Source of the DNA: Tubulanus polymorphus
Lineage: Eukaryota; Animalia; Nemertea
Assembly (NCBI RefSeq): GCF_964204645.1
Contig: NC_134030.1
Coordinates: 12,173,947-12,237,946 of the forward strand
Reading direction: 5' to 3'
Length of the DNA stretch: 64,000 nucleotides
The notes below the pieces were generated by a model, which was given only the letters and a program-made list of their open reading frames with translations, was not told the DNA's origin and did not search any database. Within the stretch, counting starts at the first letter, position 1; the number at the start of each line of letters is the position of its first letter. Positions 13,817 through 24,383 of the stretch are shown here, piece after piece. The position numbers were made by a program, and so were the translations under genes.

Positions 13817-14500
13817 TCAAATCTGTGAAATTGCGTTTAGAGTTTTCATTTCTTCTTCCACAACAGACAGTTCACTGGCTTTGTCTTTTGCACGTCTTTG
13901 TAATGTATTCGATTGTGTAAGAAGGGAAAGCGCTCTTTTCTCCCCAGCAGGGTCTGCGAGTGTTCCTGAAGTTGAATTCAATGAAATAATGTCCGTTTCG
14001 AGGCGTCTCTTTTTCGATGCGATTTTGACTAACTCATCTTCATAGAAAGTCTCAATAGAAGAGTTTGACAATCATTGTAGAAACTCAGTTTAGCATCTTT
14101 TATTGCCACTTTGGTTGCGGAGCCAACTTTGACATGAAAATCAATATTGGACAAACATGAATTAGGGCCTAGAATAAATTTTCTCTGAAAAATATTTACA
14201 CTACAAAAGTGCAGCAATAAATATCACAATCACAGCTAGTTCCTATTAATGTAACATTTGATGAATATGATCTTCCAGGACAGTTGAATAAAAAGGTAAA
14301 ATGCAATTTCTTTAAAAGGTTCTTACCTTAACAGGAAGAACTTTCTTCTCAAAATCAACATTTGTAATCTTGTACTAGTAACAGCAGACTGCATAACTTC
14401 AGGATCAACATAATCGTAACATAAGCCCTCATAGAACTGATAAGAGCTCTTCTTATTAACTTTTACTAGCTTGGCCGAGTGGATTGTCGAATTAATCAAT
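13817..14500 (-). pseudogene. Decayed coiled-coil-like C-terminal fragment of a probable transposon gene
   Basis: Charged helical ORF KKRRLETDI...LLTQSNTLQRRAKDKASEL; family not identified. Confidence 0.3.
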
Positions 14501-15764
14501 CACTCAGCTTTCTGATACAATGCTTGGCCGAGCAAACGAGTAATGAGGTGCCCTTGTCATATGAGCTGAATCAATCCCCCTTTCTCCCAGCCTGGATCTC
14601 CCCTGCAGCAATCAACAAAGTATACTGGAGTATCACTATACCTAATTAATCTTGGACTCCTTTCTTCCATGAACTTTGAAGTAGGATTAATCAAACATAA
14701 CTTTAAACAATGAAGTTTTTTTCGTTAATGATAATGCAACTCTAAAGTATTAGGAATTTCAGGCTGAAATTGAGCTGAATATCAGCTGAAATAGAACACT
14801 GTGGAGTACCAAAATAAGCTCTTTTTCAGCTCAATTTCAGCCAGAAAATATTTCAATAAATTCTGCTGATTTTCAGCCTTTTGTTGCCAGGCGTAATTAG
14901 AGCTGAAATCTAGCTGAATTTTCAGACATATATAAATTCCGCCTTTTTTCAGCTGGTTTTCAGCCACACAATTTTCTGCATATTTCCAGCTCATTTTCAG
15001 TCCATTTTCCGCTCATAATTCAGCTCTTTTTCAGCTCAAATTCAGCAATGGGCTGATAGTGATTTCATCTATTACATATTATTGTTTATTTATCTGCTAT
15101 AAAGTTCCGATACATAATTGATCGTTAAGGATCATCATCAGATTTATTCGCAGTTCATATTTAGCGCCATTCTCGCGAGATTATCAACAACCCGGAAATA
15201 AAATCCAAGCCCCCCATCGCCAAACCCCGGCCCTGTGCTTTTTTACCGGGCGTTCACATATCACCTGCATATATTTAATTAATGGCCTACCTACGTACGG
15301 TGACTAAAACGACGCGAGAACACCTTTCCTGGTGGCTCGTGACAAATTTGGCGATTTGATGTTTCAATGAACTAAAATTCTGCGGGCACTTTAAATCCTC
15401 CAGAAATTTTTCGTCGTATACGGGCGCCGCCATTTTGATCTTTCAGTGGCTACCGTAAACTGCTGCCACCACACGGCCGCCACAACCCGACTAAAATCAA
15501 AAATCGAAAAGTGCGTCTCAATCAATGGTCCATGTGGGTTAAGAAATAAATACAAGACTATATTTGCTGTCTATCTGTCTATGCTTGGAATCATGGTAAC
15601 TACAGACCCGCTTCAAACCAACCATGATGGTAGCGCCTAGCGGCAACTGACTCAAGGTCGTTGAGACAGAGGAGAGTCAGAGAGCGGCGGGTAAGTGAGT
15701 TGATCTTCTAAATTCTCCATTTTTCCACTGGGGCTTGTCACAATTTGATAATGAATGGATGATA

Positions 15765-15861
15765 CCTACCAGCATCTTCACCAGGGATTCGAACCCACTA
15801 CGCTAAAGCTGTTCCCCAAACCCCTTGACCTCACGAGTCGTTGGAGTCGTTACTAGCCGAC
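15765..15861 (-). pseudogene. tRNA-like (SINE2-type) head, 3' part; its 5' part continues at 18723-18742
   Basis: The minus strand has the B box GGGTTCGAATCCC (15784-15796). The rejoined sequence ACCGGATTCTGGTCGGCTAG...GGGTTCGAATCCCTGGT has ACCGG/CTGGT acceptor-like pairing. A related uninterrupted copy is at 63266-63358. Confidence 0.6.
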
Positions 15862-17879
15862 CACAAGGGCTCGTTACGATAGCTGGGGTCCCAAAATCAA
15901 AGATTTGACCCAGTATCCTAGGTACCACCTATAAAAAAAGAAAAGGGAGCTAACATTTTGACATACTAGAATTGACCTTCTCATTTCAATCGCTCATAAC
16001 TTCGTAACCCATCGACCGATTCGCTCGAAATTGGTTTCGTTTCATTCCTAAGAGGTTACTTTTTCATTTGAGACCTTCCGCGACAAAATCGGATAAGAGA
16101 CACCCGAGAAATCACGACTCAAATCCGAAAAAACGAGTCAAAATAGCCAAAGCCGGAATTACTAGGACGTCTCGGAGTAGTCGATTCCCGACGAAAACAA
16201 AAAACGATGAGTTGACGCGGTTCCCGGACGTTAATCTTCACATATCATACATCGCTGGAAAGCTTATGAACTGACCTTATTGAAAAATGCGTTTATTTGA
16301 TAATCCGTTCCGAAACCGGCGACAAGCGAGGTGATAATACGCACCGAACCGATAAATACGCACTTTAAGCGTCACTGAACCGCCATTGAGGGTGTGACGT
16401 CACTAGTTAGTTACCTAATCGTTGGTGGTAAGCTTTTTATAATCGGATGGGCTTATACCAACGTTAGGGATGACAAGGACCAAAACACAGTTGAAAAAAG
16501 TAACACTTCAAAAATATACTTTCTATCCACTTCAGTCCACAATAAATGGCTTAATTCACAAACTAACACAGGTACCTTTCGAAATAATCCAATTCTATGT
16601 ATGTTTCGAGTGATTAATCAACATTATTTTGAGAAATTAATTAATTTCCTTACAAATTTCGCCATTGGCCGCCATTTCTCTGTATTGCACATGTGGCATG
16701 ATAAGACAAGGGGACCTACAAGGATTTAGATAAAACTTTCAAGACGAAACGACAATTTTTATTTTTGATGGTTTTCCAACCTATATTTCAAATCTTCGTG
16801 TTTTCCATTATAAATAATGAAATAATAAATTCTGGTAAAAGAAAAATGTGAATAAGTGTTGATTTCTTAATATTTTTCAATTTCGTCGTTTCGCTTCGTT
16901 AGTTTGTGCTGTAGTCCTGGCCTCAGTCCACAGGTGCCAGCACCTCCAGTAATTTTCAAAATGGCAGCTGTTGACTCTACGGAAATTTACTCTCTCTTTA
17001 CGGCCGATTTGCACATGGATTAAGATCGTCAGGTGAGGTGTTATAGGTATCAGACAAACTACGAATCTGTTGTGTGTCGATTACAACAAAAATTTGACGG
17101 ATATCTTAAGAGACAATGAAATGCCAGGCAAATTACTCGTCAGTCAAATTGGCTGACGAAGATTTCATACAAAAATGACCTTCCCATTCCTGACTGTGGT
17201 TTGTGAAAATATCCGATCGTGAAACTAAACCACAGACAGGTTACTGACTATGACGTCACGGGCTCTGAGGACTGATAAATTCGCGATACGTGATTGGTCG
17301 ACTGAATATGTCAATTATCTAGCGTTGCATGCTGGGATTTCTCATGACGTCACGCAGTTAATGGCGGCCGGAATACCCTTGGAAATCGTATTTATCGCAT
17401 CAATCTGGATTATCAGCTCGCCAGTCGCGGGTATCGGAACGGATTATCAAATAAACGCATTTTTCAATAAGGTCAGTTCATAAGCTTTCCAGCGATGTAT
17501 GATATGTGAAGATTAACGTCCGGGAACCGCGTCAAATCATCGTTTTTCGTCGGGAATTGAGCACTTCAAGCCGTCCTAGTAATTCCGGCTTTGGATATTT
17601 TGACCCATTTTTTCGGATTTGAGTCGTGATTTCTCGGGCGTCTCCGGTCCGATTTCATCGGGGAAGGTCTCAAACGAAAAAGTCACCTCTTGGGAATGAA
17701 ACGAATCTAATTTCGTGTAAATCGGTCGATCGGTTACGAAGTTATGAGGGGTTGAAATGAGAAGGTCAATTCTTGTATGTCAAAATGTTAGCTCCCTTTT
17801 CTTTTTTTATAGGTGGTACCTAGGATACTGGGTCAAATCTTTGATTTTGGACCCCCAGCTATCGTAACGAGCCCCTGTG
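15862..17879. mobile_element. Foldback-type element A, about 480-bp TIRs, CACA(A/G)GGG termini, 8-bp TSD TAGCCGAC (P-superfamily-like)
   Basis: 15862-16338 is the reverse complement of 17410-17879. TAGCCGAC lies at 15854-15861 and 17880-17887. Confidence 0.9.
16404..17250 (+). mobile_element. Non-autonomous element B, short TAGTYAGTWACCT TIRs, 9-bp TSD TGACGTCAC (AcademH-like signature)
   Basis: Ends TAGTTAGTTACCT / AGGTTACTGACTA. TGACGTCAC lies at 16395-16403 and 17251-17259. Strand is arbitrary. Confidence 0.85.
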
Positions 17880-17887
17880 TAGCCGAC

Positions 17888-18722
17888 TAGTCAGTAACCT
17901 GTCTGTGGTTTAGTTTCACGATCGGATATTTTCACAAACCACAGTCAGGAATGGAAAGGTTATTTTTGTATGAAATCTTCGTCAGCCAATTTGACTGACG
18001 AGTAATTTGCCTGGCATTTCATTGTCTCTTAAGATATCCGTCTAATTTTTGTTGTAATCGACGCACAACAGATTCGTAGTTTGTCTGATACCTGTAACAC
18101 CTCACCTGACGATCTTAATCCATGTGCAAATCGGCCGTAAAGTAAGAGTAAATTTCCGTCGAGTCAACAGCTGCCATTTTGAAAATTACTGGAGGTGCTG
18201 GCACCTGTGGACTGACGCCAGGACAACAGCACAAACTCACGAAGCATAACGACGAAATTGAAAAAATTAAGAAATCAACACTTATTCCCAATTTTCTTTT
18301 ACCAGAATTTATTGTTTTATTATGTATTATATAAAACACGAAGATTTGAATCTAAGTTGGAAAACCAGCAAAAATAAAAATTGTCGTTTCGTCTTGAAAG
18401 TTTTATATAAATCCTTGTAGGTCCCCTTGTCTTATCATGCCACATGTGCAATACAGAGAAATGGCGGCCAATGGCGAAATTTGTGGAGAAATTAATTAAT
18501 TTCTCAAAATAATGTTGATTAATTACTCGAAACATACATAAAATTGGATTATTTCGAAAGGTACCTGTGTTAGTTTGTGAATTAAGCCATTAATTGTGGA
18601 CTGAAGTGAATAGAAAGTATATTTTTGAAGTGTTACTTTTTTCAACCGTGTTTTGGCCCTTGTCATCCCTAACGTTGGTATAAGCTCATACGATTATAAA
18701 AAGCTTACCACCGACCTAACTA
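17888..18722 (-). mobile_element. Second, inverted copy of element B (B'), 9-bp TSD CTAGCCGAC
   Basis: Full-length reverse-complement match to 16404-17250 with scattered substitutions. CTAGCCGAC lies at 18723-18731 and at 15853-15861 (the left copy was displaced by element A). Confidence 0.88.
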
Positions 18723-18746
18723 CTAGCCGACCAGAATCCGGTCGTA

Positions 18747-20216
18747 CAGTCAGGAACACTTTCCAAAAACGGCTTATTCTGCCAATTTCGGCGTTTTCCG
18801 CCAATAACGGCAGAATCAGCCGTTTATGGATCACTCAGTTTTGAAACTTTTACAGTCGTTTATGGCTTAATCAGCCAGTTTCAGCTCACTTAGTTTCGAG
18901 TTTTGCTTTAAAGTTTTTTGCGCACTTCCGGTCAAATTAGCGCATGTTGCCGATTACGTCATAATCTCGAGCAGACGATAAGCTTTCATATGACGCTAGG
19001 ATAGAAATTTTTGAGCTAGGTAAAGTGGTCAAATTCACGTTTTTCTAAATGATTACGTCATATGCAGCCCAAAAACTCCGGGAAAACTCTCAAAACTACT
19101 ACAGCATGAAACAAGTTTATTAATCATGATTTTTGTTAAAAATAAATTTGGGAACTTGTTTTAAAAACTACTATAAAGTTTTCAATTAAATGTTGCCATG
19201 GGTACACATAAAAACATTCGCCATTTCTGGCGTATTCCGCTGTTTTTGGCGTAGCTAGTTTTATAATCATAAACTATTAAGCCATTATTGACAGTCCACT
19301 TGTTATATATGAGGATTCCCCCACCCGCTTAGACGTTTTCCCTAACGTCTACAGGGTATTTTTTTTAGGAATAAAATAATTAATTTGCTGAGGTGAACGG
19401 ATGTGTAAATGTTAAAAATAAAAATAAAATTATTATTATAATTATCATTCTCATAAGACAAATCAATCATGCATGTATAAACTAGTGTATCAAAAATCTA
19501 GTTTTAAGTTTTGCCCATGGTCTTATCTTGCCTAATAAAGCATAGAATGGTTGAGGGATATATTGGACTGCATATGATGTTGGTTAATTGAAGGTAATTA
19601 ACATCTTCGATGCCTCCCAGCTAATTGGACTTGTGATGGGTAGTGATTGAATGAATTGGTGGCCGATGACGTTAAAACACTCAAAATCGATACAGCTGTA
19701 TCTAGATTCATTTCAAAATATCACAAACATTTTCGAAACAATTTGGGATACATGTATGTATATATTTGTTACATAGAATACAGGTATAAAGAAAGAACAG
19801 AATTCAAATACATTTGCCATCGGAAACCCGTACATTTATATTTAATTCTTTCTTGAAGCCTGGAATGGATCAATAAGATTAATTTTTCGGCGCAAATATA
19901 CAAATGTATGCCAGCAGAAAAGCGATGATGTCATAATAGGGACTCCCATCGAACTAAGCACTATAAATAGCACCTGTAAAACTATCTAAGCTAAAACGCC
20001 GTTTCTGGCGATGTAGTTTTAAAAACTGTAACAGCTGAAAACGGCGGTAATGGCGTTTTTTAAGAACAAGCCAAAAATGGCAGAAAACGCCGATTTCGGC
20101 TAAATTGGCAGAAGCAGTTTAAAACTGAGTAATCCATAAATGGCTGATTCCGCCGTTATTGGCGGAAAACGCCGAAATTGGCAGAATAAGCTTTTTTTGG
20201 AAAGTGTTCCTGACTG
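18747..20216. mobile_element. Non-autonomous TIR element C, CAGTCAGG termini, about 100-bp TIRs, 5-bp TSD TCGTA
   Basis: CAGTCAGGAACACTTTCCAAAAA / TTTTTGGAAAGTGTTCCTGACTG. TCGTA lies at 18742-18746 and 20217-20221; an alternative reading is ACAG termini with a 3-bp CGT TSD. Confidence 0.85.
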
Positions 20217-20364
20217 TCGTACCAATCACAGCGCTTGTAACAAACCGACAGTAGACTTCTGTTTGTTTTCCCGTTAAATGGACCAATCAGCGAACGTTTT
20301 ACCGAACAAGGATAGGTATGTTCATGTCCGCGCGGGACGCCACTATCGATTGTGACGACCATTA

Positions 20365-21111
20365 GGCGCTATTGCACTTTCGTACCCCCCTCCCAAAAAT
20401 TTTTATTTTAGCATACCTATTTGTTATCAGGGAGGTCTAAGGATTCAAAATCAGTAGGCCTAACTTATGGCCCAAAAAACTTACTTTTTCTGGGTGGGCC
20501 CTAAATTGCGTGTAAATTCGCCGATTCGCGACGCCAACAACGCCATATTGGATGTCAATCAAAGTTTCTAACCCTCCACTGAAATGTCTTCACTGAGAAC
20601 CTTAGTGTCAGTGGTATATCGCTAACGCCACCCGTGGTTCACGCAAGCTCTTTAGTATAGGCAGTATACGGAGCTCCGCGAACTGGCCATTCTCAGGACT
20701 GGGTTAAGAAATGTCATGACATATAAACTTTGCAAAAAAACCATGTTTTCAAACATAACCATCTCTGAAAATGACGCGTATGTTTGCATTATTTTCATAC
20801 TTAGCTATTGATTTAAAGATGTTCTGATGAAGAAAAGTTATATGCCCAAAAACGAAATTTTGTCTATTCAATTAAATTAAATTTATTGAGATATATTTAT
20901 TCAGATGTTTTTAGGGGGTAATTAGTGCGGAAACATGGCCGACCCGTCGGTTTGAATCGAGGAAATCGGCCCCAAATTATAAGAATTTTGGCTTGGAAAA
21001 AATTATTATTTTTGGTCAAAAGTAATTTATTTTGACTCTACAGACCTCCCTGATTAATAATATACAGAAATAAAAATTTTTGTGAGGGGGGTACGAAAGT
21101 GCAATAGCGCC
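20365..21111. mobile_element. MITE I, GGCGCTATTGCAC termini, 6-bp TSD CCATTA
   Basis: TIR GGCGCTATTGCACTTTCGTACCCCCCTC on both ends. CCATTA lies at 20359-20364 and 21112-21117. The empty site is visible in the paralogue near 10915-10935. Confidence 0.9.
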
Positions 21112-24108
21112 CCATTATTGATTAGGAAAAGTGTGATGCGCGTTTTTACTACGCGTTTTGACATCGCGTAGTAAAATCATTCATAAAACCTGTCTATCAA
21201 TGCAAATGAGCTAAAATCTTTTGGAATCAACCAATAAGATCGATCTTTATCACTTGGGGGTTGGTTTAGTGTATAAATCCGCATTTTAGTCGAAGAAAAT
21301 AGAAATCGAAATATACCCTTTTTCAAGAGCAAAATTTGTCAGCTTAGGACCCGGAATAAGCGACGAATCATCAGGAATCGGAAGGTTTAGGATCTTAAAA
21401 TTCAAATACTGAAGACCGCATGATTTTATTTCGTGTCGGGGCTGAGCGATCGCTGCCGGAAAAGTCGATGTCTAAGTTTTGCGTTGAAGCGAGCGATACA
21501 AAATGGCGGCCGGCACTTGTTATTGAATGACGACGCGCCGCGTTGCTCGTGATGAGATCAATATTCAACAATTATTCATCGGTCTAGCGGTGGATTATTG
21601 TATTTATTTTCCGATTCATAATTATTCATCACTATATTTCTGAATATTAGGACAGATTTAGCGAAATGATTTTTTGCGCGCAGATCGCCACTACGCTCCC
21701 GTCGGTAAAGCGGCTGTTGAAAGAGGGAGGCGTCTAATGGGATGAATTGAGGCTTGTGACGGGCAAAAATAGAGGCGCGTGATGGGACAGTGAGGCTCCC
21801 GAGGGGATTTCCCAAAAGCGGCAAAATTGAAATATATATAAAATATTGTTGAAATTTAGCTCAAAACAAAACAAATGGATTATTATTTAGTTATTATTAG
21901 TAGTATTATTACTATTGCTTGGTTTATGTTTCTAAACTGATTGATTTTATTATGATATCATGAATATATTTCAAATTTCAGCGTTTTGAGCTAGGCCAAG
22001 CCTAATTTTCTGCTTTTCTTAACTAAAATTCATTTAGCAAATATATATAAAATTGGTATATTTAAATCATTTTGCAATAGGAGCCTATGGCTATAGACCT
22101 AACTGACAGGCCTTGATAATCATGTTTATTCATTTCAAAAATAATGTAGTGAAAAAAAATAATTTCATCTGAAATCATATCAATATTTCTCAATATTTCA
22201 CATTTTTTCTTGCCGTTACCATGGAAACCTAATAATAATAATCAATATAATAATAGATATTCCTAGATAAACTTAGGGCAAACATAAACTATTGATAACT
22301 AGTTATTCTATCCCCTTTCTACATCATAACTTTTGATCTAACATCGATATTTTCATTATTTTACCATTTTTCGGCTGGTTTCCATGGAAACCATAGGCAT
22401 TTGGAATCAGATAAAAATTTTGGGTCTTTCAACTGTCACCTGAAAGTGCTATGAGTGTATTGCTCTTTAAATTTCTAGTCTATCTCTTAGTTTAAGAGAT
22501 ATTGAAGTTTGTTTACATGAAATATTGCCTTCTTAGATCACAGTTTTTGTGTATTGAAACATGAAGACACTTTTCGCTCAAATTTTCAAACTTCAATTTC
22601 CGATATCTCAAAAACTACTGAAGATAATTCAAAAATTTAAAAAGCATATCGTTATTTGAGCCCTCCCCATTCCAACAAGCTTTCTTTCAATATTTGAATT
22701 TTTTATGGATATAGCTAACAAGGAAATATTTCGCAAATCGACATATGACGTCATGCGCAACAGCGCCAGTAATGAAATCACGCTTCGTGAGGCCAGGGGG
22801 CTAGTGGAAGCGAGTTAGGGAGTGATACTGGACCCCTGGCAAGCGAGGATGACCTACCAGTATCCCTGTATAAAAAAGAAAAGGGAGCTAACTAAATCGA
22901 CTATCCGTACATTACCTTCCCAATTCAATCGACTGTCATTTCCCGAATTTTCAACCGATTTACACAAAATAAACTCTTATAAAAACTAGAAGACTTACTT
23001 TTTTCAATGACCCTATGACTATTGCTCTACGATGAATATTTCACATCGAAATCGCCATTTTCCTCCAAAAAATCGGCCAAAATAACCCAGCACGGCAAAT
23101 GATTTGACGCGATTTACAGGCTAGTGCGCGCATTAAACTGAGGAGATCTTGTCCGTTTCAGGCATTAAACACCACATACATCAAACGATGCACAACATTC
23201 TTATCTTTCAACTCGATGGTGATTCCACGATATTTCTAAACATTTGGAGGCGTTACGAGCATCATTATCAAATTGTGACAAGCCCCTGTGTATTTTTCGA
23301 CCACTAAGAGTTATATCATTTCAACGAAGTGGATATAGGCACTTGTACATTTTTTGAGAACTACAAAGAGATAAACTAAAGTTATCCTGCCTGATAGAGC
23401 TTTGAAAGCTGAGTACTGTGGTTTTTAAATTTTGTTTCTATCTTCATTAGAACAGAAGTTATTACATTTCGAATGTTAATAATTAGCCCGCTAGTTCATT
23501 AAGGGAAATGAATAAAACAAAGGACCAAAATCTGTGATAAGATCCTGATGAGTAAAACACTATAATAGCCATATCTTTGTGATTCTTAGTCTGATTAACT
23601 TCAAATTTGGACACAATGATGCCTGGTATGTTTTAAATAGTGTGCCAAAGAAAAATTACCCTAGCACCTAGTGGGCCATCATAATTGCCAAAATTTGACC
23701 TTGAATCTTGAAGGTCAGCTCAGATAGTCAACACATACGGATGCTATAATAGCTAGTTCTCAATAAATACTGGGGCTATTAACTTCAGATTTGAGCACAA
23801 TGCTAAATAGAAGTAATTAAAGTATCAGCAACATAAATATCATTCCATCCCCCGTGTGGACCATTTAAAATACCCAAAATATGAACTCATTAATGAAGGT
23901 CGATGAGGCAAATTCAGCTTTTATGAATACCAGAAGCACAAATTTTCATCAGGCGTTATATCAAATAACCCCAAATTTGATCAAAACATTGCAGGAAAGA
24001 ACAAACTAAATACAGGTAATACAACAATGTACCTTTTTTAAGTTACAACAACATTTAACACAGGTGAAGAGTTTCTATATACATGTCGGATAACTTGACG
24101 TCATAGTC

Positions 24109-24250
24109 TGTTTCATGTCGTCTGTGATGGGGAACAGACCCATAAAACCATAACCATAACGACTTCTAAGATGCAACGGGACTTTATTAATCAGCCATCT
24201 TAGAGTACACACTATAGTCCGGATACGGACTCAGGATAAATCACGGAACA
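24109..24250 (-). repeat. 3' LTR (142 bp)
   Basis: Matches 28541-28682 with 6 mismatches by my count. PPT AAAAGAGGGAGA is adjacent at 24251-24262. Confidence 0.96.
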
Positions 24251-24383
24251 TCTCCCTCTTTATATAAATTTTTTTTTCTTTTTTTTTATATTTGTTTTTG
24301 AGAACTTATACTAATTCACGACTAAAAACCACCACCATTATAGTCTGATTGTCTAATTAAAGTTCCTTTAATTTATGCTGTGC

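Larger units (their letters stand above)
12765..15061. mobile_element. Non-autonomous CACTA/EnSpm element E nested in D
   Basis: TIR CACTATCAGTCCATTG / CAATGGGCTGATAGTG, 3-bp TSD ATT (12762-12764 and 15062-15064), and many GCTGAA/TGAGCGG subterminal repeats at 12790-12975 and 14760-15045. Confidence 0.85.
11098..15237. mobile_element. Non-autonomous TIR element D, CACAGGG termini, 8-bp TSD (P-superfamily-like)
   Basis: CACAGGGGTTTGGCGATGGGCTTGGATTTTATTTCCGGGTTGTTGATAAT is inverted at 15180-15237. Flanks are CTTTTACC and CTTTTTTACC (T-run slippage). Confidence 0.8.
15726..23290. mobile_element. Non-autonomous TIR element G, CAC(A/T)GGGG termini, 8-bp TSD (P-superfamily-like), host of several nested insertions
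   Basis: 29-bp TIR CACTGGGGCTTGTCACAATTTGATAATGA / TCATTATCAAATTGTGACAAGCCCCTGTG (1 mismatch). Flanks are CATTTTTC (15718-15725) and TATTTTTC (23291-23298). Confidence 0.82.

Noticed and set aside
16394-18535. Duplicated protein-coding gene (MFRVINQHYFEKLINF ORFs at 16394 and 18320)
   Set aside because: These are chance ORFs inside the two copies of non-coding element B; their starts and stops differ.
17880-18731. Assembly artefact explaining the inverted duplication
   Set aside because: B and B' differ at many positions and each has its own TSD.
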